DNA of 39,987 nucleotides from NCBI RefSeq assembly GCF_004010195.1, contig NC_057728.1, positions 49,425,260 through 49,465,246 on the forward strand, written 5' to 3'. This document shows, piece after piece, positions 1 through 12,765 of the stretch. The position numbers were made by a program, and so were the translations under genes. Below the pieces are notes generated by a model, which was not told the origin of the DNA, searched no databases, and was given only the letters and a program-made list of their open reading frames with translations. This DNA comes from Chiloscyllium plagiosum. Lineage: Eukaryota. How positions within the stretch are numbered: position 1 is the stretch's first letter; every line of letters begins with the position of its first letter.

Positions 1-289
1 CTTCCCGACCGGCTTTGTGCTCCGTCTGAACTTCCGCCCAGCTCCCGCCGCTCTCTGCTGCGAAACGACCGTTGGTGTCGAGGTAAGTTCTTTATATAGT
101 AATCACTTACCTTCCCGACCGGCTTTGCGCTGCGTCTGAACTTCCGCCCAGCTCCCGCCGCTCTCTGTTGCGAAAAGACCGTTGGCGTCGAGGTAAGTTC
201 TTTATATAGTAATCACTTACCTTCCCGACCGGCTTTGCGCTCCGTCTGAACTTCCGCCCAGCTCCCGCCGCTCTCTGTTGCGAAAAGAC
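1..289. repeat. 110-bp GC/CpG-rich tandem repeat (2.6 copies visible, runs off the left edge); possibly the 5' UTR array of a minus-strand CR1 LINE
   Basis: Units at 1-110, 111-220 and 221-289 all begin CTTCCCGACCGGCTTTG and differ by only a few substitutions. The CR1 5' UTR assignment is inference. Confidence 0.9.
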
Positions 290-1129
290 AGTTCTATGTC
301 TCGACCTCCAGATTAGTTTGCAATGTTTTTTTTCAGTAGTTTATGTAAACATTTAGATTTTTCAAAGACGCAATTTAACTTTGGCTAAGTTTAGAAGTTA
401 ATTACGTGGATGTTTTTGCACATTTTGAATGTATTTTATCGTGTGCAGCTAAGGGGTTGAAATTAGAAAGATGACAAATAAAAAATCAATTTTTTTGTCC
501 ATGTTCTTTATTGAATTACACCTACGGTGCCCTAGAATCTTTTCATGGTTCAACATTGTGCAAGATTGTTTATGAAAGTGCTAACAATTATGGTATATTC
601 TTCTAACTACAAAAGCAGCATCAAAATGTTACGTGATTGTAATACGCAAAGATTGATTTAGCTCTGAGGTGAACTGAAAGGGGAAATTATTATTCTGTGA
701 TTTTGAGCTGTGCCTACACTGCAAGACAAATAAAATGAGATGCATAGACAATGTATAACTCTAATATTATAGCAATGTAGATAGCTAATGTTGTTCATAA
801 ACCTCAAGACATCTGTCTCAACAAGAATCTTACCTCACACGAGTTTACACATAGGACAGCACACAGACCATACATCACACTGTGAGATATATTGACCAAG
901 GAAACCATGTGAGGTTCGGCAGCCAGGGTAAACAGTTCTTGTGGTATTTAAGAGATTCTCCCTTACTTCGATTTTGTCCTGTGTCTATTAAGGATTGCCT
1001 TTTGTCCCTTGTTTCTCTGACAAACTAATCCTGGCGGTTCCCAGGATGGGTTTGAGTGATCTGAGTGGGAGTGAGAGTGTCTGCGTCATCCAGAAGGGAG
1101 ATAATAATGTTGTGATTCATCAGTTGATT

Positions 1130-1600
1130 TGAAAATCCCACTCCTCTAGCTATTGTAGTCTAAAAACACCCACTCTTGATGAATCCTCCCCACCACCCCC
1201 AGATGCTTTCCACTTATCAACACTACCTGTCTAAACCCCACTCCCCATCACCCTCAAACCTACTGGCACTGTCCTTTATTTGACTTCCTAAGATTTGACC
1301 ACCCTGTCAGTAGCAACCAGTTACATCTTTCTGATCTGTATTGGAGGAGTTCTCCATGCCCCCTACATTGGTGCTGCACAAATGCAAAGGCCTTTGGATT
1401 TTTTAAAAAACATTTTAAGTTATAAGAAGTTGGAGTGAGGTTGCCTCCATTTTGAGGTAGCTCCTCACTTACCTACCTGCTGCAACAGTCAGCTTTTGGT
1501 TCCAAATTGAAGGGCCTCCCGTTGGCTTTGAGAGTTCCCCCTGGCTTCCTTACTTGTGCCTTGTGCATGTCCTCTGGTCACTGATTGGCCAATTTGGGGA
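1130..1600 (+). mobile_element. Highly decayed Penelope-like element, GIY-YIG endonuclease region
   Basis: Frameshifted similarity to the 'YCI..C...YIGET' (atctgtattgg...ccctacattggtg, ~1335-1373) and 'LPVA' (ctcccgttggc, ~1516) motifs of Penelope-like element (PLE) endonucleases. Confidence 0.35.
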
Positions 1601-2309
1601 AAACCATGAGTGAGATACAGTTCACCAGACTGCGTGGTCTTGTGACTCCCTTTGGAATCTGACAGTGACAGGGATCTTGAAGTCCAAAGGAAAATCCAAA
1701 TTCCTCTGTATTTGCCACGAGAGGTAGGTGCAAATCAGTGCAATTTTAGGCATAAATATGTTATCTTCATAAGTACATGGGCTACTATGGAATCAGAATA
1801 CAGATGCTTATATGTACCTGATGACAGGAAGAATTTGATTGCAGGTCGAAGAAGAGGAAGGTATTTGAGAATGTTCATTGAAGTTATCCCACAGTATGAT
1901 GTCACTATAAATGGCACTCAAATATGGTGATGCATTTTATGCGAAGGTGAATTGGTTTAATTTAAGAATGTGCAAAATAGGGTCAAGGGTGGACAATCTG
2001 GCCTATCAAACATACAATCGCTGCTGAACTTTGGTCTCAACTCAACTTTGCTACCCATTCCCCGTATTCCTTGATTCAGTGAGAACCTAAACTACATCCC
2101 TGAACCTTAAATATATTCAATCCACAACCCTCCAGGGTAAGAAGCTGTGATTGCACTTTCAAACAAATCTCCACGACTTGGGGCCACAGTAATGGTTTTC
2201 TGCTCTTTAACATGACCCTGACTGCTGACTGAAAACTCAAAATTTGCCCAAAGGTGCTGCTAGCACTTTAGATAAAATGATTATGAGGAAAACAAATTGA
2301 ATTCTTTTT

Positions 2310-2570
2310 AATCATTCATAGGATGTGGGTGTCACTGACTTGGTATGCATTTATTGCCTGTCCTTAGTTGCCCTTGAGAAGTTGGTGGTGAATCGACTTC
2401 TTGAACTCCTCTTCTGTACTGTATGATTCAATGCTTGTTAGCCCCAAACTGGATATTGTCCAGGTTATGCTGCATTTGGACAGGACATGTATGGCTTCAG
2501 TACCTGAGGTGTCGTGAATGCTGTACAGCCATCAGCAACCATCCCCATACTGACCTTATGACGGGCGGAA
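2310..2570 (-). mobile_element. L2/CR1-group LINE fragment including 3' tail
   Basis: Tail 'ggatgtgggtgtcactg...gcccttgagaagttggtggtg...ttcttgaac' is shared with 10895-11000 and is the reverse complement of 5200-5283. Confidence 0.65.
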
Positions 2571-2949
2571 AGATGGTATACAGTATATACTTCCACCATG
2601 CAAGTAATGCAATAAGCTCACTCCTTTTTGACCAAGCCTTTAGCACTTCTTAGGTGGATTGGTGTCAAATTCTAACTGATACTATTACAATGGAGTGGAC
2701 TGGGATGTCTTATGGTTAATGGCAGTAAATGCATGTGTTGGTAGGGCTTGATTGATAGTGCAACTTTATTATACAGTCTAGTACTTGCAGCTTATTACAA
2801 GCCTGTTTGTTGCCATTACCTACTGACCACAGATCCTTGGGTGCTGATAGCATCCTGAAGTTCATTCTCTCATATGTAACAAAACTAGGTAATGAATTTG
2901 GATTATTCTTTGTAGCACTTTGCTTTACTTCTTTGTCTATAATTCAGAC

Positions 2950-3290
2950 GCTTGTCCAATAACTACAGGACCCAAGTCAGGAATTTGATGAAATACTCCC
3001 CTCTTGCCTGGATGAGTGCAGCTCCAACAGCACTCAAGAAGCTTGACACCATCCAGAACAAAGCAAGTCATTTGGCATCCCATCCTTTGGCACACCATCC
3101 ACCACCTTCAATATTCACTCCCTCCACCACTGACACACACTGTGTACCAGCTAGAAGATTCACTGCAGCAACTCACTCATCCTTCAACACCACGTTCCAA
3201 ACACATGAAATCTATCATCTAAGAGGACCAGGGCAGCATATGCATGTAAACACCAGCATGTACAAGTTTACTTCCACGTAACACAGCATT
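2950..3290 (+). mobile_element. L2/CR1-group LINE, ORF2 C-terminus and 3' UTR relic
   Basis: Translation YRTQVRNLMKYSPLAWMSAAPTALKKLDTIQNKA matches the post-RT 'Y...VR..MEY...W.......KLD.IQ.KA' LINE motif. It is paralogous to the minus-strand copy at ~10895-11560. Confidence 0.8.
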
Positions 3291-3887
3291 CTATTATGAC
3301 TATGATAGGAAAATTGTGCCGGTAATCAATCCCCACAATTCTACAGTCACACCATTTGTATAAACATGTTGATTCAATCGCCAAGTGGCCAACTATTTCC
3401 CTTTATTACTTCCAACTATTGGAATAGACTTTAACCAAGTTTCTTAATAAATTTAAAACAATCCATCTCCTATAAACAAAGCTCACTCTTAAAAACAAGT
3501 GGCAAGGCTAGTTAATATCTAACACATGTTCCAGAATTAGACATGTATTCCTTTTAATCCTAAAATGGATAAGGTCTCACAACACAAAAGACAACAACAT
3601 CTCTGCAGAGATATTTTAGAAAAAGGGCTAATGGAGAAGCAGTTTTAAGGGTCAATGACCTAAAACAACAAAAGATAAGACTTAATGAATAATTGCTTGG
3701 CAATGCAAAACTTAAACTAGACAATAATTTGAAACTTTACATCCTACACTTATCAGAACTAAAACACAAGAAACAGTCTTAAAAAAAGGAAAATCATTTT
3801 ATTCACATAAAAAGCAAGTACAGATTGGTTGGGTCATCACTGGCATGGAGACGCCGTAAAAACAGTCAGCTGTCAATCTTAATTCTT

Positions 3888-4291
3888 TTTTTTTTTATTT
3901 TTTATTTTATTAAACAAGTTACAAAACAGTTTACAAAAAACATTGACAGCTGTACACAAAAGACAGCAGTTTTACAAGGGAGGGGAGCAGCAAAGCTAGG
4001 CCCCGAACCCTACCGTTCAACCATTTTACAGGGAGAGGAGGACAAACCTCAAATCCCAGTTCCACGTGTGACAAGACAGTGACAATGACATTTATACATT
4101 AGACAATACCGTTACATACAAAAGTGCAGACAATACAGACCCAGCAAGCCCCCGCCCCTCCCACCTTCCGACCGCTCTAAGGCAGCCCGCCCCTACCCAC
4201 CTTCCGGTTCTCGGTCCACCCCATGCCCCTTCCAGTTCTCGGTCCGCCCTGACACACCTTTCGACCACCTCTAGGACAGCCCGCCCCGGTA
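3888..4291 (-). mobile_element. Young 5'-truncated poly(A) retroposed insertion (L1/Tx1-type 3' UTR)
   Basis: Perfect 15-bp TSD TCAATCTTAATTCTT at 3873-3887 and 4292-4306. The T-rich tract at 3886-3911 is a minus-strand poly(A) tail with AATAAA. CpGs are intact. Confidence 0.85.
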
Positions 4292-5119
4292 TCAATCTTA
4301 ATTCTTACTCCAGGCCAGTAGATTATGATTGGTCAGGGTGTTGCCATGGAGATGCAGCTGAGATTGGCTTTCTTTCCTTTCTTCATGAAAATAGTGTAAT
4401 ATACAGACCCTTGCCTACATAAAACAGGGTCCTGTGAATGAATGTTTGGAGCTTCTAGCATGTGCAAATACTTCACAGTTTGAGCCTAACTGATGATCTT
4501 TAAGTTGGTTTACATTGTTGGCAGCTCTGGACCAATGTAAGATCTTCCAAACATCACTCTATTTCAGATGGAAACCAATCTCAATTCAAGCCTTTGGATA
4601 ATAGTCAAACTTCAGCTTTTCAGTGTTTTCAAGTTAATCAAATCAGTGAGGCATGAAAACTTTATTGGGTTCTCAAGTAGTTCAATCACGAGATGGAGAG
4701 AAATTGTTTCATAGTTATACTGTTGCTTTAGAGGATTCTTCCTTCTTGTTAAACCCCCTACGTTTGTGGAATCAAAATTCCTGTCCATCATCATAGGGAT
4801 CTCCATAGACTAATTCCAAAATGATTGTTTCCTGTAATTAGGGGTATCAAAACTTAGTTCTTGTCTTCCTAAAATCTTTGCATTGTTGTGTTCCCAAAGT
4901 GAATTGACTTGTGTGTAAATGTCACTTGGATCATAGCCCACATTAAACTGTTGATCTCATGTCCAAGAAACTACCTGGGTTCCCTTTAAACTCTGGGAAA
5001 GATTACTTTTTAAACCAGGAAGTGTGCCAATGGTTCAATATCTTCCAGTTCTCCAATTAGGCCATAAATATACATATGTATTTCCATCAAACCTGGCTTG
5101 GAAATATATATCTGTTTCT

Positions 5120-5290
5120 CCAATGTCACTGGGTTAAAATCCTGAAACTCTCTCCCTCATAGCATTGTGGGTCTACCTACAGCACATGAACTGCAGCAGT
5201 TCAAGAAGGCACTTCACCACCACTTGTTCAAGAGCAACTAGGAACAGGCAATAATTTCTGGACTAGCCAGGGATGCCTACATCATGAGAA
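5120..5290 (+). mobile_element. L2/CR1-group LINE 3' tail fragment
   Basis: 'tcactgggttaaaatcctg...ctgcagcagttcaagaaggc...caccaccac' is shared with other copies in the window (e.g. 37915-38110). Confidence 0.7.
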
Positions 5291-5399
5291 CAAAGAAAAA
5301 GAAAGCAATCTAACTTTAAATAATACATATTTACCCTCTTCTAATAGCACCTTAAGCTGCTTACTGTCAGATTGTGTTTGGTAATTTTCCTGTGAAATA

Positions 5400-6540
5400 A
5401 CTTGGGATGTTGTCCTATGGTAAAGACATTTGATGAAGTGCCACCCAACAGACTTGTCAGCAAAGTTAAACCCATGGATTATAAGGGATACTGGCAACAT
5501 GGATATGAACTTGGTTGAGTAATGGGAAACAGAGCTGTGTTGAAAGGTTGTTCTTTGGACAGAATTGAGGGTGCCCAGAGTTTGATGCTAGGGCCACTGC
5601 TTTCCGGGATTAATATGACTGATTCAGGCCTTGGTCTATAGGACACTTCAGAATTTGCCAGTGGCACACATCTGGAAATATTGTGAACTGTGAGGAGTAT
5701 AATGTCAGACTTCGAGAGGACAGCTCCAGGCTGGTGAAATGGGCAAGCGAGTGTCAGGTGAAATTTAAAGCAGGGAAATGTGAAATGAGTCATTTTGCAA
5801 GGAAGAATAAGGAGAGGCAATACAAAATTAAAGGGATAATTTTATACAAGAACAAAGAGAGCTGGGAGTGCATGTACATGATTCATTGCAGACACCAGGT
5901 TGAGAAAATGGATTTGACTGCGGTATAGGATGTGTATTATAGGTCACAAAACAAAGCTATAGTAAACCTGTATTTAAGATTGGTTTGGCATCAACTGAAA
6001 GATTTTGCTGACTTTTAAGCACCACACTTTGGGGAAGATGTGAAGGGTTAGTGTTTGGGACGGTTGCACATGTTTTAGACATTGGGAGAATGCAGAAAAG
6101 ATTCATGTGAGTGGTTCTAGGGCTGAAGAACTTCAGTTATCAAGACAGATGGTTGAAATTGGCTCTGTTTACCGTGAAGAAGAGAATGTTGAGAGGAGAT
6201 TCAGTTGAGGTGTTCGGGAGGGCTGTGGGCAGAGTAGATAGAGAGTAACTGTTCCATTAGTGAGAGTATTGCAAACTAGAGGGCGCTAATTTAAGTGATT
6301 AACAAAGGAACCAAAGATAACGGGAGAGGGGGGGGGATGATCTTCCAAGTGGTTCAGGTCTGGAAATGCACTGAGCAGCAGGTTCAGTTGTGACCTCTAA
6401 AGGGGAACTATCTGAAGAGAATAAACGCTGCATTATTGCAGAGAGAAGGCAGGAGAGTGGGACTAGCTCGGTTGCTCTCAGAGGCAGCTAGTTTGGATAC
6501 AACGGGTTCAGTTTGTACCATATTCATTCTGTGCACTATA
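5400..6540 (+). mobile_element. CR1 LINE relic (RT domain to 3' end)
   Basis: Decayed AFDKVPH-like motif (~5427). ORF text RLVKWASECQVKFKAGKCEMSHFARKN is typical of CR1 ORF2. Many stops and frameshifts. Confidence 0.85.
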
Positions 6541-8100
6541 GAATGCACGCTGTCACTGTTCCAAAAGTGTGAAGACATTCAGGATAAGTCCCGAAAACTT
6601 TTAGATTTTCAAATATATTTAGTGATGGCAGTGTACCGTGCCAATACAATTTAAGATACCGTTTACAGTGTTGACTTAAAGCATAATATTTGCAGAAGTT
6701 AATGGCATCTTTAAAGGCCATCATGATAAGGGGTCATATCAGTTCAGCCAGATGCTTATGAATAGGTTCTTTGCTAAGACATCCTGTCAGTGCTATTTAC
6801 TCAACAAGAGGTTAAGTGACTGTGCCTGCTACAGTGTGTCAGTTAGTGCCCGTGTTGACACACTTCATTCTATTGCGATTGGCTGACTGCAGTCACTGTT
6901 CAAGAATACTAAAATCTTCCTGCAGCTCTATCATGGACCAAATGAGCAGAAACCAACCTCAGCGAACAAGCTGCAGACTAAGGCTCGCTATGACTGAATT
7001 CTGATCGTCAGAATGAGTCAAGAGGATGCAGTACACACTGCAGCTGAGGTTGACATCAGACTGATTCCTGAGTGATTTAATTGCCCCTTATTTTGTTTGC
7101 TAATGTCAGTCATGTGATTTGCTTGAGTTTTGCTCGGGTATCTTGTGTATTTGCATCCGCCTGAATGGGCTGAAGAACTGCTGTGTTTTTTCAACGTTAT
7201 TTAGATTCTTAAACGGTCGAGCTAGTTGTGATTGGACCTACATGCTTGTACCGGTAGGTGCTGGTTGTTTGGGGGAGTGGAGTCAGTCTCCGATTGCTGT
7301 ATGTTACAGTTCACTGACCTTCACTTTGTGCAAGGACGGAATATTAAACTGTAGATATTTAAGAGTTACATAAAACCTCTGCAGTCTCGAGTGCACGTAA
7401 TGCTTTTAAAACTGTATTGACTGCTATGGTAGTCGGACCCTATAATGTTTTGTATATGGTATGCCCTTGAAGAGGGGTTATGAGGTTAGATGCTTAATTA
7501 ATAGACCGACTTGTACATGTGAGGAGTTAATCTGTAGTAATGCAGTTGTGAGAATGGTCTGGGATAGATCATGTACGGTTTAATATGAAACTGTTTGAAA
7601 GCTCATGTTTTTGAAACGAAGAAGTGTAAATGCTGAAAGTTGCGGTTGTGTTATGAAACCTTTCTTATTCTTTTCTGGGAGTCATGTACGTGAATGTCGG
7701 AATGGTGCTGCAGAATGGGTACCTGAACACTTCCTTGAGATATGTTGGGTCTGTAAATGTCCTTTTCGGCTGTGTGTCTAAAACATGTGCAACCGTCCCA
7801 ACGCCAGTCGGAGGAACCTTTCTGCAGTGACCTGCATTGACGTTAGCCTGCCTTGCTTTGTTTGAATTGAGCGCTCACTGATTTTAATGAAATGCTAATG
7901 TGACCTTGTGGAAGGGAAGCATTTCACTGTAATCACCTAAAGATAAGTACTTTTAAAATATGTACTATTGCCCGGACTCCTGAACCATAAGTTGATTTGT
8001 AACTCACCCCAATAGGTCTGTTAGATACAATTTCTCCATTCCGTTTAACTATCTTTTTTTTTGGCACATTTAAATGAAGGGAGAGCTGCATCGTACCTCT
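6050..8100. promoter_or_regulatory. CpG-retaining candidate promoter/enhancer
   Basis: About 30 CpGs by hand count in 6841-8100 versus about 2 in the next 1.26 kb. Also reverse CCAAT boxes (GATTGG ~6877, ~7230) and an AP-1 site TGAGTCA at 7014-7020. Confidence 0.45.
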
Positions 8101-9099
8101 GTCTCAGTATATACTGCAGGGCATTCCCTTGGCTGACAACCAGCAAGATACTGTGACAGAAATTATCAGCTGAGTCACTGCAGTTTTAGACCAATGCCTG
8201 GGACATGTATTGCAATGCCAGGTTGTAATTTATGCAAAATTCATCCCTGCTGCACACTTATTAAAATCAAAGACACTTTTTTTTCTTAAAACATTTCTTC
8301 CTCAAAGAATAATAGCTTCCTAAAATGGGATATGGACTGTGTACAGTTATAACAATTAATCTAATCACTTTAAATGTGCTGGAGTATATTGATTTAGGGC
8401 AGATTAAATGATTGCAATTTTGTTTTGAGACTTTTGTTTTAAACCAGCTATGGGGAGGCATTGAGATGCCTCTATCAGGATGAAGTTGGCATAAGAATTG
8501 TGCAAGAGCCTTTTCCTACTTTTTGGTCTGTGGAATATTGATGTTAGCTGGAATTCTGTGTGCTGGTAGGTTTCTTAATGAATTAGTTCTCTGTTTAACT
8601 TTATTGGGTATGTAATCATCATGGCTACAATAAAGGAGTCCATTCAGCCCACCTGTATCAATTCAGTACTAGTCACTGAAACTTTTTTGGTTTTAATTTT
8701 TTATAGGCTGCTTTTGAGATTAGTAACACACACTGGTATAACGCAGAGGTTTTAAAATTTGAATTATTGCTAGAAAAATGATTTGTGGAATTTCTGCTTT
8801 TTGTTGGGGCTGGTTAAACATGAAGTTGAGGGTGGGGGAAGCTGACCTTCTGGAATTATGTATTTTGTTTTTAAGGCAGCAACTGGTTATATTTTTGGTT
8901 TTTTTTAAAAATGTTTTATAACATGTCTCTATCCACTTGGATAAAAGAATAATACAATTTTCTAGTCCAAATTAAATTTGATAAGGGACATTGTCAAATT
9001 ATTACCTTTTTAAGGATTAAACATACTAGACTTTGTCCAGGGTAAGAGGAGACTTGACAAACTCTTTTAAAAGAATGAAGGGTTCATTGGGGATGCTAG

Positions 9100-9400
9100 T
9101 CACCATCTCAACTCTCTCCTCCAATGGTACATTGCATCGATATGCAGTGTCTAAATGATTCATTGCAGCTTGCTAAGGCTTACTAATAGCATCTTCTAAA
9201 CTCCCACATTTGAATTCCTGTGTGGATAAACTCAGCAGGTACATGAAAACATCACCTGCATGATCCACTCCAAGCAGCATGCCATCCTGACTTAGAACTA
9301 TGTAGCATTACCTTCACTGTTGGGTCCTGGAATTCCCTAACATTGTGTCCATCACATGGACATCACCACAAACACCATCCAGGGCAATAGTACTCCAGTT
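9100..9400 (+). mobile_element. L2/CR1-group LINE 3' UTR relic
   Basis: 'ccatcctgacttagaactat...ccttcactgttgggtcctggaattccct' matches the family at 2950-3290, 10895-11560 and 37915-38110. Confidence 0.6.
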
Positions 9401-10894
9401 ATACTTGCGTTCTCTGATATTTAACTTGTGGAGAAACTGTATCCACTTGAGTGAGCCCAAAATGAAGGATGTGAACTGAGTCACCACTAACAGGATCTTT
9501 ATGGTGGTGAGAATGAACCATATGAGTTGGTGGAAGCAGGGAGCTTGGCTTTTAAGGGGAAACTGAATGCACAACGTAGGAAGGATCACTTAGAATATAA
9601 ACATTGGAATAAATCCGATGGGATGAATGACCTGTTCATGTGCTATAAATACTGAGCACCCATTTTGCTGTGATAATTGCTTTCAAGATTTTAAAAATTG
9701 ATTTGGATCTGTTTGCAATTGTGCTGTAAGCTGCAGCTTGTTAACATGAAATCCTTCCCACTACACATTTGGCTTTTTAAACATGATTTTGTATCTCACT
9801 TCGGTGCATTGATTGTAGCACAACCTCTAAAATTGGGTGGGGTGAAAGAGAAGAGGTATTTGACTGGGCTGATTGTAAAATGGTACAGAAGCAGAATAGC
9901 CAGAGTTGTGCACTATGAAGAGAACTTTATTGAAAGAGTCTACAGCCAGTGATGCTTTGACGTTCGTAATTGCAGTTGAGCCTCTGCAGCTCAATACCAG
10001 CAGTGAAATCTGGGTGAAGGTTCAGTATGATGTTCCCAAGGAAGCCTGCAGTTTAATCTGCTGCAGAACACCTTAGGGTGATGTAGCTATTTTAATCTGA
10101 TGGCCTGAAGAGCAGGCTACAGACTGAGTTGTCTCTTCCTTCCCACTGTTAACTGTAAAGAGCACTTTGCCAGCAATTTAATTTTGTATTTTGTGGTTTT
10201 TAGATCTGTATTTATAAATGTATTGTTAGATTTCTTTTCTCCAATTATACCTCCATTTTGATGCAATTGCTCCAACCTCTTTCTTCCTCTCTTCCTTTTC
10301 CACCCCCCACACCCCGTAAAAAAAAACTTGGATTACTTTGTGGTTTAGTGATGAGCAATGCTTTGCTTAGATCTCTGGTCTTGGATCACAGATTCCAAGC
10401 TTATCCTTGGGCTGGCACTGGGGGGTGGTGTGGGAGAGCAGTCAGATGACACAATACACTGAGGCTCAGTCCACATACCCCCATTCACCTCGACTGGATG
10501 TAGAATGTTCCATGGCACCATTCTTGTGGAAAATACATTTGCCGCCTCATGTTCCAGATATTCATCCCTTAAGTGACACCAGGAAAACATGTTTTTGCTG
10601 CTTTGTGTATAAATTAGTAACTGCACTTGCTTAAAATCCTAGCAGTCACTGTACGTCAGAAATTATTTGGCTGTTTCATTTGGGGCATCCTGAGATTATA
10701 GAAAATCCTGTGTAAATGTAGTCGTCTTGTTATTTTGGGGTTTAAGTCTCCATAAAACTAACATATTTCTTTGCCTACTCTTTCTGCTTGATTTGTAAAG
10801 AGACCAGAGGGATTCTCCTGATTCTCTAATATAAGAGCACGTGTCCGCTGACTTGTTAATGCGCGTCCTGCAGCGTAACCCCATTCCAGTTTTG

Positions 10895-11560
10895 TTTATT
10901 CACTCCGGTATGTAGGTGTTGTCTGGCCAGCATTTTATTCCCCACCCTCTAGTTGCCCTCAAGAAGGTGATGGTGTGCTGCTGCCTTGAACTGCTGCAGT
11001 CCATGTGCTGTAGGTTGACCCACAATACCCTGAGGGAGGGATTTCCAGGATTTTTCATCCAGTAACAGTGAAGGAACGGTGAGATATTTCCAAGTCAGGA
11101 TGGTGAGTGGCTTGGGGTGGGGGGGACCCTGCAGGTGGTGGTGTTCCCATGTATCTGCTGCCTATATCCTTCTGTATTGAAGTGGTTATGGATTTGGAAG
11201 GTGCTCTCTAAGGATCTTTGGTGAATTTCTGTAGTGCATCTTAGTGTGTATATTGTCGCTACTGAGTGCTGGTGGTGGAGGAGGGAGTGGATGCTTTGTC
11301 CTGGATGGTGGCAAGCTGCATGTGTTGTTGGAGCTGCATCCATCCAGGCAAGTGGGGAGTATTCCATCACACTCCTGGCTTGTCTTTTTCGGATGCAAGA
11401 TGGGCTTTAGGGAGTCAGGAGGTGAGTTCACAGTATTCCAAGCCTCTGTCTTGCTCATGTAGCCATTGTATATGTATTCACTGTCTAGTTGAGTTGCTGA
11501 TCAATGTAACCCCAAAGATATTGTTAGTGGGAGATTTAGTAATGGTAGCCTTGCCCATGA
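10895..11560 (-). mobile_element. L2/CR1-group LINE, ORF2 end, 3' UTR and tail
   Basis: Minus-strand translation MEYSPLAWMDAAPTT. Complete family tail at 10895-11110. Confidence 0.85.
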
Positions 11561-11689
11561 TTGATCTGAAGCTATGTGATGTCATGGTGTCTGGAGTCCA
11601 ATGTTGAGGACTCCCAGGCCTGCTCCCTCCCAATTGTACTGTCACCTCTGCTGGGTATGCCAGACTTGGTGGCAGTTAATTGTGGCTTA

Positions 11690-11988
11690 CTAGGCCTTTG
11701 CAGAAGGCAGTTGAGTCAACTATGTTACTGTGGGTGTGGAGTCACGTGGGCCAGGTCTGGTGAAAATGGCAGATTTCCTTTCCTGAAGAATGTTAGTAAG
11801 CCAAACATTTTTTCTGACAATCGGCGATGATTTCATGGTCATCAGTAGATTCTCCATTCCAGATTTAAAAATTGAATTCAAATTCTGCCATCTGCCATGG
11901 TAGGATTTGAACCCAGGTCCCCAATACATTCACTGAGTTCCCGGATCAATAGTCTGGTGATTTTAATCCTACCAGGCCATTGCCTCCC
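11690..11988 (-). mobile_element. tRNA-derived SINE (family with L2/CR1-type tail)
   Basis: Minus-strand head GGGAGGCAATGGCCTGGTAGG and B-box GGTTCAAATCC (+ strand ggatttgaacc, ~11903-11913). Homologous to 34973-35310. Confidence 0.75.
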
Positions 11989-12714
11989 TTGAGTGACTCT
12001 CTGAAGTGGTCTAGCAAATTGTACTGCTCTATTTTCATTGGGTTTCCATTGGCAACAATGTGTCCATTTTTATTATTTGCTGTTATCTGTAGATTGATCA
12101 GTAAATCTGATTTTGTTTTTTGTTTGAAGCACAGCGTGAGACCTTTTACATTCAAAAATGTCAATGTTTGATTTAGGTCCATTTCTGAACAAACCTGCAC
12201 CTGGTTAAGGGAGGTTGAACAGTTTGACCCTGATTATATTTGTTTTGCTGACTGGTTCTGGGGTTGACAGATCAACTGAATGCCCAGCTCACGGGGAATC
12301 ATTCCACAATGCTAGCGCTCTCTCTTACTAGCTGTGCCCAACTTGCTAAAGAGGCCAGCATCAGCATTAAACCATTGGTGCTTTACCAGCTCCTGGAGAT
12401 GATGTTAAATTAGTCATAAACTGGGGTTAACCAGAAAAATCGCCTTCTGGTTCTTGATCCTATGTTTCGCCGTTGTGAACGGATTCAACTGAAACAATTT
12501 TTCACAGCACACTGGCCTCGACTCAAACATTATAATTCTATAAATCTATATGCAGTGCATGAAAAACAAAGTCTGAATGCATTTAAATTTCCAACCAGAA
12601 TTTCTGCCTCTAGGCATGAAACAAACAGAAGACAAATTCGTTGAAAAGAACTGTTCTACTAAATATTTAACTTTGTGAACGTGTTTGAGTTTGACACGTT
12701 TAGTCTAACATCCT

Positions 12715-12765
12715 GTTTATATATTTTTTATATATATTATATAATACTTTATATATAATTATATT
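12715..12765. repeat. AT-rich low-complexity / decayed (TA)n
   Basis: Almost exclusively A/T with TATA iterations. Confidence 0.7.

Noticed and set aside
1..289. CRISPR-like or regularly spaced repeat array
   Set aside because: Whole units are near-identical with no unique spacers, no cas genes are present, and the context is vertebrate.
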